Shown: in pieces, positions 1 to 8,631 of the stretch | Layout: every line of letters begins with the position of its first letter | Numbering within the stretch: the stretch's first letter is position 1 | Virus record (IMG/VR): IMGVR_UViG_3300021138_002011 | Span: 32,001 to 96,000 of that record | Origin: a virus | DNA length: 64,000 nucleotides | Strand: one strand, 5' to 3' | Notes under the pieces: generated by a model | Database searches by the model: none | What the model was told of the DNA's origin: nothing | What the model saw: only the letters and a program-made list of their open reading frames with translations | Position numbers and translations under genes: made by a program

Positions 1-545
1 GGATCCTCAACCCCTACCACATGGTTCTCTTCTGCCCAAAGCTCAATTTGAGACCTAGGCACGTCTAACATAGGCCGAATAACTGCGATGTTGGTATCGT
101 ACCAACACGGCGAGTTAGCAACCATGCTTTTAAGCCCACGAATACCACTGCCTCGAAAAAGTTTAAGAAAGAAATTTTCACATTGATCATTTGCATGATG
201 CGCTAAAATAATGCTGTCTGCATTGCTTTCGCAAAAAGCTTTATATCTTGCTTTTCGCGCTGCATACTCAAGATTGTTACCAAGCCCGTCGAGACTAACT
301 TTAACAACAGTGCATTGAAATCCCAACGCTTTGCACTCTTTTTTTACAAACTCGGCCCATTTATCACTGTCTTGATGAATACCATGGTCGATATGCATAG
401 CTGTTAATTCGCATTGCAATAGCTTGCGATTGGCTGCAAACCAATGCAACATAGTGATGCTATCTATGCCACCGCTTACCCCGATTACAGCTTTTTTGCA
501 GTTAGCCAGCAACGCAGACACATGGGTAATATCTAACAGGTCCAT
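1..545 (-). CDS. tilS: tRNA(Ile)-lysidine synthase, 5' part (runs off the window edge)
   Basis: Manual translation from ATG at 545 (RBS AGGAGG) gives VIGVSGGIDS (PP-loop), HIDHG, EYAARKARY, LAHHANDQCENFFLKLFRGSG and IRPML. Not in the ORF track because it is truncated. Confidence 0.92.
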   Translation of the reverse strand, partial: MDLLDITHVSALLANCKKAVIGVSGGIDSITMLHWFAANRKLLQCELTAMHIDHGIHQDSDKWAEFVKKECKALGFQCTVVKVSLDGLGNNLEYAARKARYKAFCESNADSIILAHHANDQCENFFLKLFRGSGIRGLKSMVANSPCWYDTNIAVIRPMLDVPRSQIELWAEENHVVGVED

Positions 546-562
546 TTAGTCCTCCTGTTTAT

Positions 563-591
563 AATTTAGCATTAATTTGTTAAAGTGTCAA
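563..591 (-). promoter_or_regulatory. sigma70-like promoter upstream of tilS
   Basis: TTGACA-17 nt-TAAATT on the minus strand. Confidence 0.55.
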
Positions 592-619
592 CAGTTGATG
601 TACATAACCGCAAATTGCT

Positions 620-1090
620 TTAGTGTCTGTTTCTGTGTATATCTTTTTGTTCTTCCACAAACTTCTTAAGCAGTTCTGCGGACAAATCGTGGTTGATTAG
701 CTGCTCAACACCCCAGTGCAGCGGTGAAGGGAGATTTGACAAATCGCACCAAGTATAATTTGAACTTTCGTAATTTAACTGTGGTTTAAATTCGTGTTTT
801 ACAGTACAAGCAAATGTGTAAAATTTAAAGCGAGGGGCATGCATCTCGTTTGTATAGATAAGTTTGAAAGGATTATCGCCTACATCAAACCCTATTTCTT
901 CGTGAATCTCTCTGCGCGCTGCTTCTTCTGGTGTTTCTCCGTAATCAACTCCGCCGCCAGGCAAACTCCACGTAAGTGGCACTGGTACGTATTCGCTGCG
1001 CTCGATTAATAAAAATCGATCAGTCTCTCGGCAGAATATAAGACACCCTGCTCCTTCTTTTTTTTGGGTTCGTAAATCTTTAGCTTTCAT
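620..1090 (-). CDS. NUDIX hydrolase
   Basis: Nudix box GGGVDYGETPEEAARREIHEEIG. Confidence 0.92.
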   Translation of the reverse strand: MKAKDLRTQKKEGAGCLIFCRETDRFLLIERSEYVPVPLTWSLPGGGVDYGETPEEAARREIHEEIGFDVGDNPFKLIYTNEMHAPRFKFYTFACTVKHEFKPQLNYESSNYTWCDLSNLPSPLHWGVEQLINHDLSAELLKKFVEEQKDIHRNRH

Positions 1091-1098
1091 ATTAATAT

Positions 1099-2457
1099 TT
1101 ACCGCTCGACGTTGTGAAGCTTTTTGAGTGCAGAAACTTCTTGTCGATATATTGCACGCATTTTAGCAGGATCGTCTAGTATTGCTTGATAATCTTTTAT
1201 TGTAGAACTAAGTTCTGCAATGGTTGACAGTACATCATTGTATGCATCTTGTGCCCACCGATAGCTAGGTAGTGCAGCAAGCCTGTCTTGTTGATGTTCG
1301 TCGATTACAATTTTAGCTGTTATCTCTTTTATTTTAGTAATGATTTCAGCTCGATTTTTTGCCTTAGGAAGGAATGCTGGCAATCCTTTATCATAGCACA
1401 ACTTTAGTGCTTGATTCCAGTTTAATTGGTATGTTGCGTCGGCTATTAGCTTTTTATAACGAACTGCATAAAATGACACACGCCATTCTACAAAGTCTCG
1501 TACCAACTTTTCTACACTGTCGTATTGCTTGATGTTGTTGCCATCCCAATCGAGCACAACTATTCGTTCTGTTTTTTTGCTACGTAGTTTGAGAAACTCG
1601 ATCGCCTTGCTTTCAGTCCACCCGTTGATCATTCCACGTTTAAACCGCACTTCAATTTTAATATCTTTGGTGCTGCGATCTACATAGGTTTGTATCAGTT
1701 CCTCATCTTCCATTTTATTCAATCGATCTTTGAATTTTTCAAGAGAAAGATCTGGTGGCAACTCGTGTACAATTACACTGCTGCCGTCAACTACAACCTT
1801 ACCAACAAACTCGTATGCATTATCACCTATACCTCTTACATTACAGCTAAGGTAGTCATAGTTAGGCAATATATCGGGGAATTTCTTCTTATTATCAATT
1901 GCAGCTAGTGTTGCTTCAATTAAATCGGACATGCTACGCGGCAGTATTTCAGTACTCCACCCAACTGCAATGCCGCTTACACCATTTAACAGCACAAGCG
2001 GAATTAGCGGGAGAAAATGTTTTGGTTCGAGTACCGATCCGTCGTAGTTTTCCTTAAGTGGGATAATATCGTAATCCTGATAAATCAATGCTTCGGTATG
2101 CGCGTTCTTTTTGACATATGTATAGCGAGGAGCACCCCAATCACTTGGACCAACTCTTGTACCAAACGCACCAATACCGCTTAACAACGGAACGTTGTTG
2201 CAATATGGTGCAGCCATGAGAGAAATGGTATCGCATGCGGCCGCGTCGCCGTGCAGGTAGATGTTCTCGCTTATAAGACGGCCTGCCAGTGAGATTGTTT
2301 TAAGTTTTTCATTTTGGGTTTTCATCACAAATAGTGCTTTACGCTGGGCATCTTTAAGTCCATCGCTAACGGATGGAATTCCCCGGCTTTGACAGACATA
2401 GATTGAGTATTCTCTACTGGTGTCTTTGATAAAGGTGGTTGTGTCTGCATAAGTCAT
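1099..2457 (-). CDS. gp52: DNA topoisomerase II medium subunit (T4 gp52/GyrA-like)
   Basis: RGIPSVSDGLKDAQRK, YLHGD, GAPRYT (catalytic Tyr), LLNGVSGIAVGWST. Confidence 0.93.
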   Translation of the reverse strand: MTYADTTTFIKDTSREYSIYVCQSRGIPSVSDGLKDAQRKALFVMKTQNEKLKTISLAGRLISENIYLHGDAAACDTISLMAAPYCNNVPLLSGIGAFGTRVGPSDWGAPRYTYVKKNAHTEALIYQDYDIIPLKENYDGSVLEPKHFLPLIPLVLLNGVSGIAVGWSTEILPRSMSDLIEATLAAIDNKKKFPDILPNYDYLSCNVRGIGDNAYEFVGKVVVDGSSVIVHELPPDLSLEKFKDRLNKMEDEELIQTYVDRSTKDIKIEVRFKRGMINGWTESKAIEFLKLRSKKTERIVVLDWDGNNIKQYDSVEKLVRDFVEWRVSFYAVRYKKLIADATYQLNWNQALKLCYDKGLPAFLPKAKNRAEIITKIKEITAKIVIDEHQQDRLAALPSYRWAQDAYNDVLSTIAELSSTIKDYQAILDDPAKMRAIYRQEVSALKKLHNVER

Positions 2458-2548
2458 AATTCGTTCCTTAAAATTTCTTCATTGCACATAATAAAATGCA
2501 CCATTGCGTCTTGTGTTTGAAACACAGCATAACAGGTTACACATGTTG

Positions 2549-2602
2549 TCAGCCATTCAATGCAACCCAGATCTTCCTGTCATCTGCTCGCGATCCATTA
2601 AA
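2549..2602 (-). pseudogene. Orphan duplicate of the topoisomerase II large-subunit C-terminus
   Basis: Reads FNGSRADDRKIWVALNG*, colinear and equal in length to FNHNKADERKEWIKLHK* that ends ORF 3547-4275. Confidence 0.75.
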
Positions 2603-2618
2603 ACAACTAAATAAAAAT

Positions 2619-3563
2619 ATGAAAGAATTATCCAACTGTTTATCTTCTAATGATCAATACAATGAGCGTACTCGCATCTTCATTGAAAAAGCAATAGAGG
2701 TCCATCAAAATCTTTATTCATATGACACTACAGTTTATGTCCATAGTCATAAGAAGGTTGAAATAACCTGTCGTATCCATGGGGTATTTTCGCAAGTAGC
2801 GTCTAATCATATACAAGGGTTCGGTTGCCGAATGTGTCAATATGCTGCAAAAAGAATGAACTATACCAAATATAGAACTATAGATGAGATAAAATCTGTA
2901 ATCAACAAAAAGTTTCCAATCTTTTTAATTTTGGATATACAAGGTATCAATTTCAAATCAAAGGTGCATCTAGAATGTCCGCATCATGGAAAGTTTCAGT
3001 GCACAGTTTCTGCGATCCATCATAGCTCACGATTTTTGTGCAAACGATGTTCTCATGAATATGCGAGCAAAAACGCAACTATGAAGCAGGATGAGTTTAT
3101 TAAAAGATGTGTTGAGAAACATGGCGATACGTATGATTACTCAAAAACGGTATATCGCCATTCTCATAAAAAAGTCATTTTCATTTGTAGAAAACACGGT
3201 GAGTTTGAGCAATATGTTAGCGCCCATTTGACTGGGTCAGGCTGTCCTCAGTGTCGATACCGGGTTTCAAAGAACTCTACAAAATGGTTAGACAGCTTGA
3301 ACAATCAGAATATCAAATGTGAACAACACGTTGAAGGTAAATTTGTGGATGGACTTGACCCATCCACGAATACGATATACGAATTTTATGGTGATTACTG
3401 GCACGGAAATCCAAAAGTGTTTGATACTCAACTCTACAATAAAAGAACCAAATGTACGATGGGAGAACTCTACCAAAGAACTGTTGATCGTAGATCGTAC
3501 CTGGAATCAAAAGGATACACTGTGATAGAGATATGGGAATCTGACTTCATTTGTGTAACTTGA
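2619..3563 (+). CDS. Free-standing homing endonuclease: zinc-ribbon repeats plus a Vsr-like nuclease domain
   Basis: Repeated YDYSKTVY..SHKKV.I.C..HG.F.Q...H..G.GC..C units and C-terminal FVDG..YEFYGDYWHG..IEIWE. Start moved to ATG 2619, just after TAAATA at 2608-2613. Confidence 0.8.
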   Translation: MKELSNCLSSNDQYNERTRIFIEKAIEVHQNLYSYDTTVYVHSHKKVEITCRIHGVFSQVASNHIQGFGCRMCQYAAKRMNYTKYRTIDEIKSVINKKFPIFLILDIQGINFKSKVHLECPHHGKFQCTVSAIHHSSRFLCKRCSHEYASKNATMKQDEFIKRCVEKHGDTYDYSKTVYRHSHKKVIFICRKHGEFEQYVSAHLTGSGCPQCRYRVSKNSTKWLDSLNNQNIKCEQHVEGKFVDGLDPSTNTIYEFYGDYWHGNPKVFDTQLYNKRTKCTMGELYQRTVDRRSYLESKGYTVIEIWESDFICVT

Positions 3564-4275
3564 TCCACTCTTTTCTCTCATCAGCTTTGTTGTGATTAAA
3601 AATAAGGTCTAGCGCCTCTGACAATTTCCCATCATCCAACAAGGGCACTAGTTTTGGATTGGCAAGGCTATGTATCCAATCAGTTTCCTCAAGGCTACCA
3701 AGTCCTTTGGCACGTGTTGGTTTTGGTGCACCTTTCCAATCATCTGCATTATAAGTTTGATAGTCATCTGCATACCAATAATAACGCTTTTTACCTTTTT
3801 CTTGGATGATAAATGGAGTTTGAAAGACATAGAATACTGGAGGTAGTTTAGGATCGAACAGCTCGGGCCAATGAAGATAGAAAAAGTTTACCAGCAGTGC
3901 TGTAATGTTTGCGCCATCGGGATCTTGGTCTGCAGCTAGATATACATTGCCATAGCGCATGTCTTTTCGATTGGCTTTTTGTCCTAGACCTACTCCTACA
4001 GCAGTCATAATGTCTGCAATAATTTGATTATCAATGACAGTCTTGGGCAATTCTCCTCTAACATTAAGGATTTTACCTCGCAAAGGTAGTGCTCCGTGAA
4101 TTTCCGGATTTCTTACCGCAGCTACCATGCTCTTAGCACTATTGTGACTGAGTAGACCATTTGATAACACAAACGTTTCGTCATCTAATACTTGTATGTC
4201 GTACATGTTTGTTTTTCCTATCGGAGAGATATCTGCAATGTCTTCCATTAAAAACAAACTTTCATTAACATTCAT
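3547..4275 (-). CDS. Topoisomerase II large subunit, C-terminal fragment, with N-terminal split-intein IntC (45 aa, 4141-4275)
   Basis: MYDIQV..ETFVLSNGLLSHN|SAKS, then PLRGKILNV, DQDPDG (TOPRIM) and KGLGS. Confidence 0.92.
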   Translation of the reverse strand: MNVNESLFLMEDIADISPIGKTNMYDIQVLDDETFVLSNGLLSHNSAKSMVAAVRNPEIHGALPLRGKILNVRGELPKTVIDNQIIADIMTAVGVGLGQKANRKDMRYGNVYLAADQDPDGANITALLVNFFYLHWPELFDPKLPPVFYVFQTPFIIQEKGKKRYYWYADDYQTYNADDWKGAPKPTRAKGLGSLEETDWIHSLANPKLVPLLDDGKLSEALDLIFNHNKADERKEWIKLHK

Positions 4276-5573
4276 TTTTGTATAGCTCCGTTTATAATAT
4301 CAGTTATTGTTTTTTTATAGTCTTTTGGATCAAGTATTATTGATCCAAATGTATGTTCTTTTTTCTTCATATGATCTTTGTATTCTTGCGAATCGCCGCC
4401 GGCAATTTCAATATAAATATTCTGCGATACCATCCATATATCATAAAATAAGCTACTATTTGGATATTTTCCATTAATCATAAAATCATCAAATTCCGTT
4501 AACCCTAGAGAACATAAATAATCATAGATTCTAATCTCATTAAAACTCTTGAGAATCGTTCCTTTATCTGTGTATGAATAGCAGCTATAATTATTATGAA
4601 ATATTTTACGAAGATTTTTTCTATAATCTGGCAGTATTTCTCTAATATTGTTTTCAATTTCAACTACAGACACTCCAAAAAAATCTTTTGCAACTTCGTA
4701 AAATTTATAGAATTTCAATTCTTTTTCTAAATTGAACATATGATATTGATACGTTTGACAGTCCTCAACTATGTTAGCAACTCGTTCGATGAATGTATCA
4801 AACAATTCGATATTATATTCATAATCATCTCTTTTAATATGTGCTCGTAAGTAATACTCAGTTCCTTTAATTTTTCCGTATTTTTTGATATAAGAAATAA
4901 GGCTGATATTTGTGCCGTCTTTCCATTTGTTATATTTTAGTAACCCTTCTTGTGCTCCATATTTTTTTATGAAATTGTCTAAAGTGATCGCCTTTCTTTG
5001 CTGAACAGCATTCCACATCGATTCTCTGTTGCTATCGATATATCCTTGATAGCTACGAGAATAATTGGCTTTATTAATCCACGCATTACGATCTTTATCA
5101 TTCTCTTCGAACCATTTCTTTGAACGACTTTGCGATTTCTTATAATCATTTATATTTTGATGATTTTCTTTATAGAATGGGCTGCTATTTCGACCATGAA
5201 TTTTTTCTAATGCTGCTGTTTCATTGATTCCATATGCTTTTCTTACAAATTCTATACTGTTTTTGTTTAATTTCTTACTTTCACAATTGTTTTTTGCAAA
5301 ACAAAGGAACTGCGCAGTGTGTCTGCGTCTCACTCCAGTTGGTATGATACAACCGTTGTTCACATAATGATTTATACCGATAATATCATGATTAAAATCA
5401 CCGCACCATGCACATCTTAATTCATGATGTTTTATATCCCATATCTTAAGATAACTGAATATTGATATATTTTTTCTTGTCAATGTTGCTCGTAACCGAA
5501 TACTTCTATCATGTTCAGTATTCTTTGATCGAAAACTGATATTCAATTTTTCACATGTAAATTCACATAACAT
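4272..5573 (-). CDS. Putative homing endonuclease (PD-(D/E)xK-like C-terminus) in the topoisomerase split-intein gap
   Basis: AT-rich; KKYG repeats; C-terminal KSFNEIRIYDYL..FYDIW..IYIEIAG; stop overlaps the IntC start (ATGA). Confidence 0.7.
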   Translation of the reverse strand: MLCEFTCEKLNISFRSKNTEHDRSIRLRATLTRKNISIFSYLKIWDIKHHELRCAWCGDFNHDIIGINHYVNNGCIIPTGVRRRHTAQFLCFAKNNCESKKLNKNSIEFVRKAYGINETAALEKIHGRNSSPFYKENHQNINDYKKSQSRSKKWFEENDKDRNAWINKANYSRSYQGYIDSNRESMWNAVQQRKAITLDNFIKKYGAQEGLLKYNKWKDGTNISLISYIKKYGKIKGTEYYLRAHIKRDDYEYNIELFDTFIERVANIVEDCQTYQYHMFNLEKELKFYKFYEVAKDFFGVSVVEIENNIREILPDYRKNLRKIFHNNYSCYSYTDKGTILKSFNEIRIYDYLCSLGLTEFDDFMINGKYPNSSLFYDIWMVSQNIYIEIAGGDSQEYKDHMKKKEHTFGSIILDPKDYKKTITDIINGAIQK

Positions 5574-5582
5574 GGTATTATA

Positions 5583-5622
5583 TCGCCCTCTGTCATTATT
5601 GTTTATTTAGTATAGAGGGTGA
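5583..5622 (-). promoter_or_regulatory. TAAATA late-type promoter inside a hairpin that sequesters the endonuclease RBS
   Basis: Minus strand reads TCACCCTCT..CTAAATAAAC..AGAGGGCGA..ATG. Confidence 0.65.
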
Positions 5623-5625
5623 CAA

Positions 5626-7443
5626 TTATGATAAATTATGCGCTATTAATAAATGAATTTCAGAATCTAGATATTTGGTAGGAATTTTTTCAATAATACC
5701 AGAAGAAATATTTAACACTGAAAATAAATGGTTTTCAGAAATTATACATGTTTGATTGATTATACCATTCGTAAATGATACAGATTTATTAAACTTTTCA
5801 TCATCAAAGTCATCTACCCTTACAATTTCAAAAAACGAAGATTCCATGTTAATGATAGATGAGAGTAATTTATGTTGAGTTTTAACAATATCTTTGGCTT
5901 TCACCACTTCATACATATTGTTTTCAACATTGAAAACAGGCATTTTGTGATCTGTGCTTATTTTTATAACTTTACCAGTTGATGTTGTTATCGACACACC
6001 ATCAGTAATTTTTGCCTGCTTGTTACATATTGGTTTGATCGCGCCTGTGTGCGTTAAAACAAGATCTCCAAGATTTACGTCTTTTACTTTTTTATTGATA
6101 AATTCACCATCTTCGAAAATTGCGATTTGTGTGTCTTCAGCTATGCAGTCGCCTTCACAGATTAGAAGAATGCACTTGCTGCGATCCTTGCCGTTTGCAT
6201 CCAGCAGCTTTGGAACCTTATTTCTCATAAGTTTGCGATTGGCTTTGGCTATATCCGCATCGTCGCGTTTTTGGGTACGAGCTGCACAACGTTTGTATAT
6301 TGCGTCAACCCATGTCTTGTGTGTGCGAAGTATGCTCTTAAATGTAATTTCGTTTTCAAGGCTTGTTTTGATGTAGCGATCAACTTCGTCGTTGATCAAC
6401 CGAGTTTTGCTTTGGCTATCAAAGTTAGGCGCATGCATTGTGGTTGTATTATAAATTAATAATCCGTCGGCAATGTCGCTGCGATTGGGGGCTAACCCTC
6501 TGCGCTTGCTTTCTCGTTCCATAGCTTTAAGCATGCCGCTAAAGAATAATCTTTTAAACGTGTCAATGTGTTGACCTCCGTTAAAAGCTGGGATGTCATT
6601 TACAGTACTGTGTACAAACTCGCCTTCGATTCCAAATTCAGGAACCAAATAATATGTGCTGGCAAACTTATCTTCGTTAATGCTGATAATTACAGGATCA
6701 CTATCGGCAAACATGGTTTTGTCAATGCTTTTACCTACAGTGACCTTTTCGCCGTTGAATGTAAATCGAATTTTAGGATGGTTGGCGGCTACCTCAAATA
6801 TACGAGATTTGACAAAAGATAAAGGAATCTTTGCGTTTGGAAATACAGTTGGGCTAAGTGAAAAATTGATTTCTGTACCGGATTTCATTGCGCTGGAAAA
6901 AATGCGTGGTTCACTGATATCCAAATCGGGCATCAGTTCAGACCCTTCTTTAAAGGTCTGTTGAAATCGTTTGCCAGCTCTCTTGATATCAATGACGAAT
7001 TCTTTTGAGCAACTTACTACAACTGATGCTCCAATACCATTTGTTCCGCGTACTTCTTCCCTCTCACCAAAATTGCGACCAGCACGAGCTTGGGTAAGTG
7101 CCATAGTTGCTTTGTGCATTTTTTCATTTTCGTCCCAGTCAATTGGAATGCCTCGGCCATCGTCGGCAACACTAAAGGTTAATGTTTTTGGATCGTATGT
7201 TACATCAATTTTACTACCATGTCCGTGGCCTACAACTTCGTCAAGACTGTTATCAAATATTTCTCTAAAAGCACAGTATGCAGCAGGCGTCCATGCAACG
7301 TTTTCGGCTACTAGTTTCTTTCCGTCCCAATTAATTACAGTCTGTGTATGTAAATTACGGCTGCCAAGATACATTTCGGTACGCAGGCGATGATGCTGGG
7401 TATCGGTTAGTTTGACAATTTCTTCGCTTGATTTTTTAGCCAT
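5626..7443 (-). CDS. Topoisomerase II large subunit (gp39/GyrB-like), N-terminal fragment ending in split-intein IntN (from C1 at 6147)
   Basis: GHKL motifs EIFDNSLDE, DDGRGIP, GTNGIGAS and FDSQSK, then LICEGD|CIAEDTQI..V.LGDLVLTH..ISTDHKMPV. Confidence 0.93.
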   Translation of the reverse strand: MAKKSSEEIVKLTDTQHHRLRTEMYLGSRNLHTQTVINWDGKKLVAENVAWTPAAYCAFREIFDNSLDEVVGHGHGSKIDVTYDPKTLTFSVADDGRGIPIDWDENEKMHKATMALTQARAGRNFGEREEVRGTNGIGASVVVSCSKEFVIDIKRAGKRFQQTFKEGSELMPDLDISEPRIFSSAMKSGTEINFSLSPTVFPNAKIPLSFVKSRIFEVAANHPKIRFTFNGEKVTVGKSIDKTMFADSDPVIISINEDKFASTYYLVPEFGIEGEFVHSTVNDIPAFNGGQHIDTFKRLFFSGMLKAMERESKRRGLAPNRSDIADGLLIYNTTTMHAPNFDSQSKTRLINDEVDRYIKTSLENEITFKSILRTHKTWVDAIYKRCAARTQKRDDADIAKANRKLMRNKVPKLLDANGKDRSKCILLICEGDCIAEDTQIAIFEDGEFINKKVKDVNLGDLVLTHTGAIKPICNKQAKITDGVSITTSTGKVIKISTDHKMPVFNVENNMYEVVKAKDIVKTQHKLLSSIINMESSFFEIVRVDDFDDEKFNKSVSFTNGIINQTCIISENHLFSVLNISSGIIEKIPTKYLDSEIHLLIAHNLS

Positions 7444-7473
7444 TATAATTCCTGATTGTATAACATAATGATA

Positions 7474-7501
7474 AGCATACGTGAATACGCGGCGATGTCA
7501 A
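7474..7501 (-). promoter_or_regulatory. sigma70-like promoter of the topoisomerase operon
   Basis: TTGACA-16 nt-TATGCT. Confidence 0.5.
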
Positions 7502-7508
7502 CCTTGAC

Positions 7509-7541
7509 AAAAAAACGGAAGATGTTGCCACCTTCCGTTTT
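7509..7541 (-). terminator. Rho-independent terminator
   Basis: AAAACGGAAG/CTTCCGTTTT stem followed by a T-run on the minus strand. Confidence 0.7.
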
Positions 7542-7722
7542 ATTAGTATTTTGCAATTAATTGTTAGCACATTAATTTGATTATTCCAGTAATTCTAGCA
7601 CACAAGGTGGTGATACTGGAGTAGTTAGATAACAGTTTTCATTTATAGACAAGTTATTTATCAGTATTGATTTTTATTTGTACGATATTACGAAGATGAG
7701 AGCATATGCTCTCATCTTCTAT

Positions 7723-7962
7723 TTATGCTCTTTTACTCACAAATTCGTTCAGTTTACTAGCAAGTTCCGTAATGTCAACACTCGAAGGAACAGCCGGCAG
7801 TGCAGGATATTCTATAACTTCTTGGTTGTATTCCTGAGTCATGGCAATGTCACGTGTCTGGAAGTAGACAAGTTCCAGTGCTTGACGTTGGCAATTCCAA
7901 TCTTCCATAAGGATATCTTTAGCCATCTTCAGTAGTTCTAGTCTAATTTCATACGCGTCCAT
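7723..7962 (-). CDS. Small hypothetical phage protein
   Basis: 79 aa, RBS AAGGAG, MDAYEIRLELLKMAKD. Confidence 0.75.
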   Translation of the reverse strand: MDAYEIRLELLKMAKDILMEDWNCQRQALELVYFQTRDIAMTQEYNQEVIEYPALPAVPSSVDITELASKLNEFVSKRA

Positions 7963-7994
7963 TTTTAGTCTCCTTGTGTGTGTGTAGTGTTAAA

Positions 7995-8333
7995 TGGACC
8001 CGTTATTTAACAGGGTGGAGCCCATACCCTGGACGCTAAACCTCAGGCAGCAATTTTCATTGCTTCAACAGGTGTATTGTCGTTAGCTGCGTGAAATACG
8101 TCAACTATGTTTTTTGAACTAATTATGGGTCGTATCTTACCCAACACCTACTTCAACCCTTACTGCTATCAGTCTATCCTATTTCACCCCCACAAGTAAG
8201 CCTACCCATCTCAACCTGTCTTTGCAGTACAGGGTGCCGATTGGTTACGGCTGAGAGTAGGCTTACTGGTGGAGGTGCGGTGGTGCTGCCCCTCCGGTCC
8301 TGCCTAACTTATTTAATTGCTATCAACAGTGTC
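7995..8333 (-). ncRNA. ssrA: Two-piece (circularly permuted) tmRNA
   Basis: The acceptor piece ends CACCTCC-A-CCA at 8267. An intervening hairpin (GTAAGCCTAC..GTAGGCTTAC) follows. The coding piece starts GGGGGTGAAATAGGATAGAC at 8191, giving a 7-bp acceptor stem with G3:U70. The tag frame reads ..AANDNTPVEAMKIAA* (stop 8043-8045). Outer ends are approximate. Confidence 0.93.
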
Positions 8334-8338
8334 AACCG

Positions 8339-8346
8339 TATTTATA
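8339..8346 (-). promoter_or_regulatory. T4-type late promoter TATAAATA upstream of the tmRNA
   Basis: Exact TATAAATA just upstream of the acceptor piece. Confidence 0.65.
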
Positions 8347-8365
8347 AACTATGAAACAGGCAATG

Positions 8366-8563
8366 TCAAGCATATGTTGATGTAGGTTTGCTGTGACTAC
8401 TGTGTTTTAATCCATCGTTGTGATCAAAAATTTTGAAATTATCGCAATCGTATGCATTAGCAAACTCTAATGCATCTTCAAATGTAGTGAATATATGATC
8501 GATGTATTTTAATGCACCGTTTAACCAACGATGTGTTCGAACTCTGTGAAACTCGTCTGCCAT
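8366..8563 (-). CDS. Small hypothetical protein
   Basis: 65 aa, RBS AAGGAG, TAAATA upstream. Confidence 0.7.
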   Translation of the reverse strand: MADEFHRVRTHRWLNGALKYIDHIFTTFEDALEFANAYDCDNFKIFDHNDGLKHSSHSKPTSTYA

Positions 8564-8631
8564 GATGTTAGCTCCTTATAACCTATTTATTTTTCGCGTG
8601 TAAGACCAACACAGCTTGCTGCGTGGGTAAT

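Noticed and set aside
2496-2618. N-terminal 41 codons of the 355-aa ORF
   Set aside because: They lie upstream of the TAAATA promoter and are antisense to the orphan topoisomerase terminus; ATG 2619 is the better start.
8267-8300. A stand-alone tRNA gene or attP site
   Set aside because: There is no anticodon arm, the sequence is explained as the acceptor piece of the permuted tmRNA, and no integrase is nearby.
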